Shown piece after piece: positions 8,328-16,704 of a stretch of 30,558 bases of DNA. The notes below the pieces were generated by a model. It was given only the letters and a program-made list of their open reading frames with translations. It did not search any database and was not told the DNA's origin. The stretch lies in IMG/VR virus record IMGVR_UViG_3300027533_000070, positions 1 through 30,558 of that record; one strand, written 5' to 3'. Each line of letters opens with the position of its first letter. Within the stretch, counting starts at the first letter, position 1. The DNA comes from a virus (Duplodnaviria > Caudoviricetes). The position numbers and the translations under genes were made by a program.

Positions 8328-8779
8328 TGACTCTACCAGAGGGTGTGCAGCCATCAGGGCCAACGCCAGTCGAAGCTCCGGTTGCTCCTGTGGTCGAGCC
8401 GACTTCTGAAGCCACTGTCGAATCTACTTCTTCAGAGGGGACAGTGACGGCCGAGGCTCCAGAGGATGCGTCTGCGGAAGATGCGTCCGACGCCGAGCTT
8501 CGTATGTGGGCTCGGGACAACGGTATCGAAGATGTACCTGGGAGCGGGAAGCTTTCGGCCACCTGGCGCGAGACGATCACGACCGCGATGACTGCTGCGC
8601 TAGACCCAAAAGACGAGGCTTCTGCGGAGGATACCTCACTAGCGTCGTCTACATCATCGGAGACGACGATGGATGGGGAGGAAGCTTCTCCCTCAACTGA
8701 GCCGGAGCCGGTCGCTGAGTACCGAAGTGTGTTCCAGGCCCCGGCCACTTGGGTGTCGAGCCAGACGTTCACAGCCTAG
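8327..8779 (+). CDS. Acidic protein with Lsr2-like DNA-binding domain
   Basis: ELRMWARDNGIEDVPGSGKLSATWRE resembles the Lsr2 C-terminal motif IRxWAxxNG...RGRI. The flanks are acidic and low complexity. Confidence 0.65.
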   Translation: MTLPEGVQPSGPTPVEAPVAPVVEPTSEATVESTSSEGTVTAEAPEDASAEDASDAELRMWARDNGIEDVPGSGKLSATWRETITTAMTAALDPKDEASAEDTSLASSTSSETTMDGEEASPSTEPEPVAEYRSVFQAPATWVSSQTFTA

Positions 8780-8800
8780 CGATGAGGGAAGGAGAGAGCA

Positions 8801-9700
8801 GTGGCGTCAAACTGGCCGGCTAGCTTGGACAATTTCAACATTCCAAGCAGCCCCGGCACCACTGCTCTCTCTTCCGCTGGCACTGGTTCTAGGAACCATG
8901 TTCAGCACCATCGCGACCTTGGTGATGCCATTGAGGTGATGCAAGCAGAGGCCACCCTGCTCGTGCACTCTCATGACGGGTCTACCGCGAGACACGGAAG
9001 CAAGCTAGACCAGGACAACACTCATGAGAGTGCTGACACCGATTTGGCTCCTTCTTCTATACATCATACTTTGGGTCATGGAGCCAACCAATCTGCTCCT
9101 GGCGACCACGCTGCTTTAATTGAGTTTGAAGACACCCATGCTGGGGCTGTTGCTTGGCCGGTGGGTTCCATCTTTATGACCACTACGGCAGGCAACCCTT
9201 CAGGTGATTTTGGTGGAACCTGGGTTCAGATTCAAGACTCCTTTCTCATTGGTGCTGGTGGGTCTTACACCTATACTGGTTCTGTTGTTCCCAATGTCAC
9301 CACTCACACCCACACCATTGCTGACACAAGCTCCGCTGGCTCTCATAGCCACACCATTGCTACTCCGACTGGTGATGTGGGTGTCCACTCACACTCTGTT
9401 GGCAGCACCGGGTCTGCATCTGCGACCCACTCTCACTCTGCTGGAGGTAGTGGCCAGACTCACTCTGCTGGAAGTAGTGGTGGAAATTCTGCTCTTACAA
9501 ATCATTCAGCACACAGTTTGAATAGCAAGAGTAGCTCTCACTCTCATTCTGGTGGAGCTTTGAATAATAGTGCTGCCAATCACAATCATACTATTGGCTT
9601 TACATCTGATCCAGGTAGCCATTCTCATACTGCAACTGCTTCTTCTCCGTCACATCTTCCTCCATGGCTTGCTGTTTACACGTGGCAGAGGACAGCCTGA
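8801..9700 (+). CDS. HxH-rich fibre/needle protein, paralog 1 (T4 gp10 C-terminal/collar-like)
   Basis: RBS GGAAGGAG. Contains WPVGSIF...NP...FGGTW...FLIGAG, then 7 HxH motifs, ending HLPPWLAVYTWQRTA. Confidence 0.75.
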   Translation: MASNWPASLDNFNIPSSPGTTALSSAGTGSRNHVQHHRDLGDAIEVMQAEATLLVHSHDGSTARHGSKLDQDNTHESADTDLAPSSIHHTLGHGANQSAPGDHAALIEFEDTHAGAVAWPVGSIFMTTTAGNPSGDFGGTWVQIQDSFLIGAGGSYTYTGSVVPNVTTHTHTIADTSSAGSHSHTIATPTGDVGVHSHSVGSTGSASATHSHSAGGSGQTHSAGSSGGNSALTNHSAHSLNSKSSSHSHSGGALNNSAANHNHTIGFTSDPGSHSHTATASSPSHLPPWLAVYTWQRTA

Positions 9701-10590
9701 TGGCTACTCTATTCCCTGGAGCTAATGACTCCTTCTCCGAGCCTTCTGCCCCGTCTTCCACCCCTCTTGATAGTGATGGCGGGTCTGGCCGGGACATGTG
9801 GGAAGCTCATCGGGACATGGGCGATGCCATCATGGCGATGCAGGCCCAGGCCACCCTCCTAGCACACACACACGACGGCTCGACCGCTAGGCACGGCTCC
9901 AAACTGGCTCAGGCAGATACCCACCAGTCGGCCGACACAGACTCTGACACAACGGCGATCCACCATACGATCGGGACCGGGGCGAACCAGGGGGCAGCGG
10001 GCAACCATTCTCACGGCGCTGTGGTTGTGTGGCCTGTTGGAGCAATCTTCATCACCGAGGTCGCGGGCAACCCATCGGGGTCACCTCACAATCTCCCAGG
10101 TACGTGGACAGAGATCACTGGTAGGTTCCTGGTCTGTGCAGGAAGCACATTTACTGCGGGTTTGACTGGTGGCAGTGATTCTCATACCCACAGTGCTACT
10201 TTCGGCGACTCTGGTGGACACTCACACACCTCCCCTACTTCTGGTGCTAGTGATTCCCATGCGCACTCTTCTGGCAACGTGGGCTCTGCCACCTTTGGCC
10301 ATGATCATGATTTTAGCAATAGCACCAGTGCCAGCACTGGCGTTGCCTCTCCTGGATCTGGTGCTGGTTCCTACACTATTGTTTTGATTCATAGCCACGA
10401 TACAGGATTAAGTAACGTTACTGCACACGCACACTCTGTGAATAACACGAGCACTGATGGGTCTCACAGCCACACGGTTGCTAATACTGATAGCGAGGCT
10501 TCGCACACTCACACCTCTACCATCAACTCAGCAGCCAACATAAACCTTCCCACTTACCTCGTGGTGTATGTGTGGAATAGGACTGCATGA
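9700..10590 (+). CDS. HxH-rich fibre/needle protein, paralog 2
   Basis: TGATG-coupled start at 9700. Same architecture as paralog 1, with 8 HxH motifs in the C-terminal part, ending NLPTYLVVYVWNRTA. Confidence 0.75.
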   Translation: MATLFPGANDSFSEPSAPSSTPLDSDGGSGRDMWEAHRDMGDAIMAMQAQATLLAHTHDGSTARHGSKLAQADTHQSADTDSDTTAIHHTIGTGANQGAAGNHSHGAVVVWPVGAIFITEVAGNPSGSPHNLPGTWTEITGRFLVCAGSTFTAGLTGGSDSHTHSATFGDSGGHSHTSPTSGASDSHAHSSGNVGSATFGHDHDFSNSTSASTGVASPGSGAGSYTIVLIHSHDTGLSNVTAHAHSVNNTSTDGSHSHTVANTDSEASHTHTSTINSAANINLPTYLVVYVWNRTA

Positions 10591-11480
10591 TGCCTACCAA
10601 CTTCCCTGTCTCTGATGATGTCTTCAATGTTCCTTCGACTCCAGTCAGCACTCCACTGGGGAGTGTTGGTGACGGCAGTAGGACTCATGCGCAGCATCAT
10701 CGAGACCTGGGTGACGCGCTCGACGAGATGCAAGTGCAGCAGTCGTTGTTGGCGCACTCCCATGATGGCGAGACCGATCGCCACGGCGTGAAGTTGCTGC
10801 AAGCTAATACTCACCAATCAGCAGACACTGATTCTGGTCCAACATCTATTCACCACACTATCGGTTCTGGGGTCAATCAGTATTCGTCAGGAGATCACAC
10901 TCACCCTGTTGTTATTACTTACCCCGTGGGTGCGTTTTTGTTCTTAACAGTTTCAACTAACCCAGCCGACTTGGGAATTATTGGAACTTGGTCTTCTGTT
11001 GGGCAAAGATTTTTGGTTGCTCAGGGTGGAGCCTTAGGACTTTCTGCTGGGTCTATTGGAGGGTCCAATTCTCACAACCATACTATTGATGCCTCTACTA
11101 ATACTTTAGCTGCACACGACCACTCTCTTACTAGCGGATCTACTGGCAATGGTGGAGGTCATTCACACACGGGTGGCTCTATTAACAACAATGGCATATC
11201 ACATACGCACACACTATTCTCTGCTGGTCTTGGCACTGGATCAACTAACTCCGGAAGCTTTACGTTATCAAACAATGACCACACTCATACATCTGGTAGT
11301 GATTCCGCTTCGCATGGCCACAGTGCTTCTGGAGTCAATGCTGTTGGCGATCACGCTCACTCAGTCACTACTACAACTGGCTCTGGCGGCTCTCACTCAC
11401 ATACGAACACATCTCCAATAGGCACTACAAACAACTTGGTGCCACTGTTCGTTGTTTATATGTGGAAGAGGATTTCGTAG
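10587..11480 (+). CDS. HxH-rich fibre/needle protein, paralog 3
   Basis: ATGATG overlap. Same architecture (YPVGAFLF...NP...GTW...RFLVAQG), 8 C-terminal HxH motifs, ending NLVPLFVVYMWKRIS. Confidence 0.75.
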   Translation: MMPTNFPVSDDVFNVPSTPVSTPLGSVGDGSRTHAQHHRDLGDALDEMQVQQSLLAHSHDGETDRHGVKLLQANTHQSADTDSGPTSIHHTIGSGVNQYSSGDHTHPVVITYPVGAFLFLTVSTNPADLGIIGTWSSVGQRFLVAQGGALGLSAGSIGGSNSHNHTIDASTNTLAAHDHSLTSGSTGNGGGHSHTGGSINNNGISHTHTLFSAGLGTGSTNSGSFTLSNNDHTHTSGSDSASHGHSASGVNAVGDHAHSVTTTTGSGGSHSHTNTSPIGTTNNLVPLFVVYMWKRIS

Positions 11481-11489
11481 GGAGAGTCC

Positions 11490-12038
11490 GTGCCGATCGT
11501 CGCAGGTGACATAAAGATCAAATTGTCCACCAAGAGTGGTTCGGCTGGGAACACTCTTGCTCAGGGCAACGTGAACGCTGCGCTCGGCAAGTACATCTCT
11601 ACAACTGAGTTCGTAACTGCCACCGGCAACAACCTCTTCGACAATGTGACTGGTGCTGAAAATGCAGCCAGTGCAGTCGATTATCGCTGTCTTTTCGTCC
11701 ACAACACACACGGGGCGATTGCTCTGGAGAACGCGGGAATCTACTTGTCCTCGCAGGTGTCTGGCGGGACCGTTCTGGCGATTGCTATTGATGATGTGGC
11801 GGCTTCTCCGATTGGATCTTCGTCAGCACAAGCCTTCATAGCCACCAACGAGACCACAGACCCGGCTGCTGGGGTCGGGGCCTTCTCTTCTCCTTCCAGT
11901 GCCGGCTCAGCTCTCTCTCTTGGGACGATCCCGGCTGGCCACTGCAAGGCTTTTTGGGTTCGTAGGACGGCCGCCAACACAGTCGCTGTCGACGATGACG
12001 GAGGAGCTTTTGTTGTCATCGGAGACACATCTGCTTAA
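11490..12038 (+). CDS. Putative virion structural protein (fibre subunit candidate A)
   Basis: RBS GGGAG. 182-aa beta-rich protein with NLFDNV, DYRCLFVHN and LGTIPAG..KAFWVRR motifs of the kind seen in phage virion proteins. Confidence 0.65.
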   Translation: MPIVAGDIKIKLSTKSGSAGNTLAQGNVNAALGKYISTTEFVTATGNNLFDNVTGAENAASAVDYRCLFVHNTHGAIALENAGIYLSSQVSGGTVLAIAIDDVAASPIGSSSAQAFIATNETTDPAAGVGAFSSPSSAGSALSLGTIPAGHCKAFWVRRTAANTVAVDDDGGAFVVIGDTSA

Positions 12039-12066
12039 CAGGCAGACCAACTAAGGAAGGAAACTC

Positions 12067-12444
12067 ATGGGAAAGGTAGCCCCCGACGCCACCATTGACT
12101 CGATGTTTGACTACATCGACCAGTGCGATCTGATGACGATTTGCAACGCGGAGCCGACCACATACACCGAGGCCGTCACTACGTTCAAGCTCGCTGACGT
12201 GGCGCTCACCCCGGACACTGATTTCACGAAGGCCGATGGCGACACCAACGGTCGCAAGGTGACGATCGCAGCCAAGAGCGCTGTGCCAGTAGACACTTCG
12301 GGCACAGCGACGCATGTGGCGATCGTCCGCACTACTGGCACCACCCTGCGTTACGTCACCACCTGCACCTCACAGGCGCTCACGTCGGGCAACACAGTCA
12401 ACATTCCGGCTTGGGATATTGAGGTCGCTGACCCGACGCCATAA
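12067..12444 (+). CDS. Putative virion structural protein (fibre subunit candidate B)
   Basis: Strong RBS TAAGGAAGG and MCP-like high-expression codon bias. 125 aa with SGTATHVAI and LTSGNTVNIPAWDI motifs. Confidence 0.7.
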   Translation: MGKVAPDATIDSMFDYIDQCDLMTICNAEPTTYTEAVTTFKLADVALTPDTDFTKADGDTNGRKVTIAAKSAVPVDTSGTATHVAIVRTTGTTLRYVTTCTSQALTSGNTVNIPAWDIEVADPTP

Positions 12445-12455
12445 GGAGACCGACA

Positions 12456-12866
12456 ATGAAAAACCGCTTATACGCTTCCGTGGTTATCATGGTCGTAGCT
12501 CTGGGAGCAATTTCCATTGCAGCGCCAGCGAGTGCAGATCCACCGGCGCTAGAGGATCGAATCATGGCCCTAGAGGCGCAAGTAGCGGCGTTGCAGGATC
12601 AAGTAAATGCGCTACCGCCAGCTCTATACTCCAAGAATGAGTCCTTCTCATATCCGGTAGGACAAAGCTCAAACACTTTATTGTGCAACAGTGGAGACAA
12701 GGCAACAGGTGGTGGCTATCGGCTGCATTCGTCCGTTCATGGAATTGATGTCTTGGAGAACAATCAGACTCTTTCATTAAGCGGTTGGCTTCTCCTAATC
12801 AACAACACCGCCGGTAGTGCTACAAGTGCAGAGATCTTTGTCGTATGCCGCGATGATGCCCCGTAA
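12456..12866 (+). CDS. Secreted protein with Sec signal peptide, short coiled coil and two-Cys C-terminal domain
   Basis: Signal peptide MKNR + hydrophobic core + ASA|DPP. Heptads LEDRIMALEAQVAALQDQVNAL. C-domain CNSGDKATGGGY...W...FVVC. RBS TAAGGAG. Confidence 0.75.
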   Translation: MKNRLYASVVIMVVALGAISIAAPASADPPALEDRIMALEAQVAALQDQVNALPPALYSKNESFSYPVGQSSNTLLCNSGDKATGGGYRLHSSVHGIDVLENNQTLSLSGWLLLINNTAGSATSAEIFVVCRDDAP

Positions 12867-12876
12867 GGGCTGACCA

Positions 12877-15069
12877 ATGGCCTTTCCCACCATCCCTACG
12901 AGCGGTGCCGGTCGTATTGTTAGTTCGGCCAATACGAGCCCGGCCGGCACTCACACTTTTCCCAACCTGAACACACTCACCGCACCCTCCGGTGTTCTAA
13001 TCATCGCCCTGTGTATCATGTACGATGGCAACTCGACCGACAACGAGTTCTCCGGTTGGGGCGGTGGATTTAGCGAGTTCGTCGATCAGGCGACGGGCAC
13101 AACCATGGGTATCGGTGCAGCCTATAAATGGTCGTCCGGGTCTGAAGACGGAGCGTTTACGGTCACGTCGGCGGACACATCAACCAATGACTCTCAGTGC
13201 ATTCTGCTGGCCATTCCCGGTGCACACCCCTCCACCCCGCCTGAGGGTGGCACGATTACCAACGGAACGGCAGCGGCAGCGGATATCGCTGCACTCAACC
13301 CGGCCGGTTGGGGCACTGAGGACACACTATGGATAGCGGTCTGCGGAGCCGGTGAAACATCGACCACTGGCTCGTTTACCGCTCCATCAGCAGCGCCGAC
13401 CAACTACACCAACTTGTTTGTCACCGCGCTCACCGCCGACGTGGTGGGTGGAGTTTACGGGGCGGTCGCATTCCGGCAACTCAACGCCGCATCCGACGAC
13501 CCGGCCACGTTCACTATAGACACATCCAACGCCCGCAACTCGGCGCTGTTGATAGCGGTACGTCCAGTTGAGAACACCAACCTTGTTGTCGCGGATGCGA
13601 CACAGGCACAAGCGACTGATGCGATTGCCCTAACCCAGGTACATGAGCTTGTTGTTGCTGACGCCACTCAAGCGCAGTCAACCGATGCAATTGCTTTGAT
13701 CCAGGTTCACAATCTGATTGTTCAAGACGCGACTCAATCTCACACAGTCGAAAACCTAGTCCTGACTCTTGTGACAGATCTAGTTGTACAGGACGTTGCT
13801 CAAGTTCAGACGGTTGATAGCCTCACCCTTGCTCAGGTTCACGTCTTGACAGTGGCTGATGCAACTCAAGCACAGTTTACTGACGCGATTGCTCTTACGC
13901 AGGTTCATCAACTTGTGGCTCAAGATGCCATGCAAGCGCAGGCAGTCGATGCGATTGTCCTAACTCAAGTTCATGCACTTGTGGTTCAGGATGCGATTCA
14001 GGCAGAGCTGGTTGACAATATTGTCCTGACTCAGATTCATGTGCTTGTGGTGGGCGATGCTCTGCAAACTCACATAGTTGACAATTTGGAGTTGGAGGAA
14101 AACGAGCCTGGGGGAGATCTTGTTGTTCAGGATTCTGCGCAAGCTCACACGGTAGACAGCCTTGTTCTGACACAGGTTCATGAACTTGTTGTCCAGGAGG
14201 CTACTCAGTCTCACTTTGTTGACAGCCTCTCCCTGACTCAAGTTCATGCGCTCGTGGTTCAGGACGTTACTCAAGCTGAGTTAGTTGACAACATCGTCTT
14301 GATTCAGGTTCATCAGCTAGTTGTCCAAGATGCGACTCAAGGCCAAACGATCGACAACTTAGCGATTACTCAAGCATATAGCCTGATAGTCAATGATGCG
14401 GCTCAAGCTCACAGTGCCGAAAACGTCGTATTGGTTCAGGTTCAGGATCTTGTTGTTCAGGACGCAAGGCAGATTCACACGGCTGGCAACATTGGTTTGG
14501 TTGTTGGTCTGATTGTACAAGATTCGATACAAGATCACATAGTTAGCAACATAACTCTTGACGGGATAACCGTTAAGGACGCTAGACATACCCACAGGGC
14601 CGACAACATTGTCTTGTCTCTAAATATGGTTGTGGCCGATTCGACTCAGACCCAGACTACCGACAATGTTGTCTTAAGATTCGCTTTCTACCCTGGGAAG
14701 GTGTTTTCGCTTGAGTACGATGTTAGGAAGCAAGTCTCAAGGAGCTTTAGCATCAAGTACGGTGTCAGGGTCCCTGTCTCTCCACCAAAGACATTTGAGG
14801 CTCAATATGACGTTAGGCAGAGGATAGAAAAGTCATCTACGGTTGTTTACGATGTTGACATTGTTGGGATTACCCAGGTCTCCAGAGAGTTCGAAATTAG
14901 GTACCACACTTTGAGCTTGGCAGGGCAAGACCTGGGAGGCGTTGTCTCAAGCCCTTTGGCCATTGATTCATCTCAAGGAACGGTCGCAGAGACGATGGAG
15001 ATAGACTCGGTTATCGTCATAGAGGCTTTGAGGGCTGGTTCTACTCAGATCGTGACGACTTCGTTCTAA
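12877..15069 (+). CDS. Fibre-like protein with N-terminal globular domain and tandem 22-aa repeats
   Basis: A ~230-aa beta-rich N-domain, 17 repeats of consensus xLVVQDATQAxxVDNIVLTQVH, then five ~14-aa F-x-x-x-Y-x-V units. Confidence 0.75.
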   Translation: MAFPTIPTSGAGRIVSSANTSPAGTHTFPNLNTLTAPSGVLIIALCIMYDGNSTDNEFSGWGGGFSEFVDQATGTTMGIGAAYKWSSGSEDGAFTVTSADTSTNDSQCILLAIPGAHPSTPPEGGTITNGTAAAADIAALNPAGWGTEDTLWIAVCGAGETSTTGSFTAPSAAPTNYTNLFVTALTADVVGGVYGAVAFRQLNAASDDPATFTIDTSNARNSALLIAVRPVENTNLVVADATQAQATDAIALTQVHELVVADATQAQSTDAIALIQVHNLIVQDATQSHTVENLVLTLVTDLVVQDVAQVQTVDSLTLAQVHVLTVADATQAQFTDAIALTQVHQLVAQDAMQAQAVDAIVLTQVHALVVQDAIQAELVDNIVLTQIHVLVVGDALQTHIVDNLELEENEPGGDLVVQDSAQAHTVDSLVLTQVHELVVQEATQSHFVDSLSLTQVHALVVQDVTQAELVDNIVLIQVHQLVVQDATQGQTIDNLAITQAYSLIVNDAAQAHSAENVVLVQVQDLVVQDARQIHTAGNIGLVVGLIVQDSIQDHIVSNITLDGITVKDARHTHRADNIVLSLNMVVADSTQTQTTDNVVLRFAFYPGKVFSLEYDVRKQVSRSFSIKYGVRVPVSPPKTFEAQYDVRQRIEKSSTVVYDVDIVGITQVSREFEIRYHTLSLAGQDLGGVVSSPLAIDSSQGTVAETMEIDSVIVIEALRAGSTQIVTTSF
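13579..14682 (+). repeat. Degenerate 66-bp (22-aa) coding tandem repeat, 17 units
   Basis: Recurrent CAGGTTCA(T/C)...CTTGT(T/G)GTTCAGGA pattern at ~66-nt spacing. Units 14-17 are shortened. Confidence 0.9.
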
Positions 15070-15100
15070 TTGGTAGCGGCTGACGCCAAGGGAGGGTGAC

Positions 15101-16087
15101 GTGCCGGTTTCTCCTACCGGGGACTACATTTACAGTCCTTCGCTTCGGCAGTCTTCGGTTGTTCGCAACCAGATATCTCGCTTCGGTATTGCCACCATTG
15201 GAATTCGGGTTACTGGGTCTTCTGGGGCCGTTGATGCCGACACCTCGACGGTTGAACTTAATATTTACCAGGAGAGCGACTTTGATGATGTGGACCCGAT
15301 CGGACCTCTAATCATCACTGCCACAGAGGGCGTTGACATCGACCATCCTGAGGTCGGTGTTTATACCTACACCATCAACCCTCCGGTGACCAACATCGTG
15401 TGCCTACTCAAGGCCGTCTGGACCTACCAGGTCGGCGGGGTCAACCTGACCTACACCGAACACCTTCAGATCCGCGACCCCATGCCGACCTACGACGGGT
15501 TCAGTGATGACGAGAAGGGGGCGGTTCAGATGATCGTCAACCTCTTCGCCGACAGCTACGACAGCACGACCGGTGGACCCCACCTGATCGAGGAGTTCCA
15601 GACCAAGTTCACCAATGAGCGGATCGCGCAACTGCTTAACTGGGCAGTCCAGAAAATGAACATGACTAAGCAGCCCATCACCGGCTGGATGCTTTCCACT
15701 CCGGGTACGGCTGGCAACTTTCCACCACCATACTGGGGCTTGCTCATCATGGGCGGCTACATTGAGGTGCTCAAGCACTTGGTTAGGTCGTATGTCGAGC
15801 AGCCCGATATTCGCAATGCTGACGTGGCCTATCTGGATAGGCGAGATTACCAGCAGCGCTGGAAGGCCGTTCTGGAAGACGAAAAAGAGCAGTACGATCA
15901 GATGCTCGTCCTTGTCAAGCGCAAGATGATGAATCTTGGCGCCTCGTCAATGCTGGTCTCTGGTGGCATGTTCGGAGGTTCCGGTAGAGGGGGGCTGTTT
16001 GTCGCTGGTGGGTACGCAGCCGCTACGAGGTCAATGCGGTTCTACCCGGCTGCGCCTTCCGTCTCGTGGGGAGGGATCGCTCGCTAA
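15101..16087 (+). CDS. Head-to-tail adaptor / neck protein
   Basis: RBS AAGGGAGG. Ig-like N-terminal part (GVYTYT...AVWTY) plus helical adaptor-like C-part (YLDRRDYQQRW). First gene of the neck-tail block. Confidence 0.6.
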   Translation: MPVSPTGDYIYSPSLRQSSVVRNQISRFGIATIGIRVTGSSGAVDADTSTVELNIYQESDFDDVDPIGPLIITATEGVDIDHPEVGVYTYTINPPVTNIVCLLKAVWTYQVGGVNLTYTEHLQIRDPMPTYDGFSDDEKGAVQMIVNLFADSYDSTTGGPHLIEEFQTKFTNERIAQLLNWAVQKMNMTKQPITGWMLSTPGTAGNFPPPYWGLLIMGGYIEVLKHLVRSYVEQPDIRNADVAYLDRRDYQQRWKAVLEDEKEQYDQMLVLVKRKMMNLGASSMLVSGGMFGGSGRGGLFVAGGYAAATRSMRFYPAAPSVSWGGIAR

Positions 16088-16704
16088 TGCTCTCTCGAAT
16101 CGCGCGAGCGCTGGACTCGATCTGGCACACAGCAGATCTTGAGCATGGAGATCCATATGAGGACGATGACGAGGAGGGTTGGTTCCGTGACAAGCACAAT
16201 ATGTACGCTACTCACGGGAGCTACGACAACAACGAAGAGTTGATGACGCTGGTCCCCGGCTGGGATGAAGCCAAGCGCAAAGGCTGGAAGCCTCTTGGCG
16301 GCGGCGGCGGTCCACTTGCTTATCGGGGAACTGGAGATCGGTTCGAGTTTATTGCGCCCAAACATCTGAATCCAGATGATGACCATTGGGGCAGGATTCA
16401 ACAGCGATGGATCAGGTACTCCCAGGGTGAAGGAGGTATGCAGGAGCCGTATGCGATGCACACCGACACCTTTAAGGACGCTGCCGATGACCGTAATCTT
16501 CGTGGTTGGAACCTATACCAGAACCATTACGATCCGGAGACGGAGCAGTTCCATCGGGTGTTGAACGATAAGTACCCCATTGATCGTTTGGGTCCTGGGG
16601 CGCATACTGATGTTTTCAAGGACCATAATGGTGGTCCGGGTTATTTCGACAACGTTAGGTTATGGGCTGAGAAGAAGGACAAGAGATTCCGGGGTGAAGC
16701 CTGA
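16087..16704 (+). CDS. Hypothetical hydrophilic protein (possible internal head protein)
   Basis: TAATG-coupled start at 16087. N-terminal leader MLSRIARALDSIWHTA is followed by an acidic, aromatic-rich body. Confidence 0.7.
   Translation: MLSRIARALDSIWHTADLEHGDPYEDDDEEGWFRDKHNMYATHGSYDNNEELMTLVPGWDEAKRKGWKPLGGGGGPLAYRGTGDRFEFIAPKHLNPDDDHWGRIQQRWIRYSQGEGGMQEPYAMHTDTFKDAADDRNLRGWNLYQNHYDPETEQFHRVLNDKYPIDRLGPGAHTDVFKDHNGGPGYFDNVRLWAEKKDKRFRGEA

Noticed and set aside
8801-11480. Paralogous fibre genes as DGR targets or an invertible shufflon
   Set aside because: There is no reverse transcriptase, no template repeat with adenine-specific differences, no invertase and no inverted cassettes. All three copies are full-length and broadly diverged.
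13579-14682. 66-bp periodicity as a CRISPR array
   Set aside because: The units are degenerate at synonymous positions and lie in frame within a CDS. There is no invariant repeat plus unique spacer structure and no cas genes.
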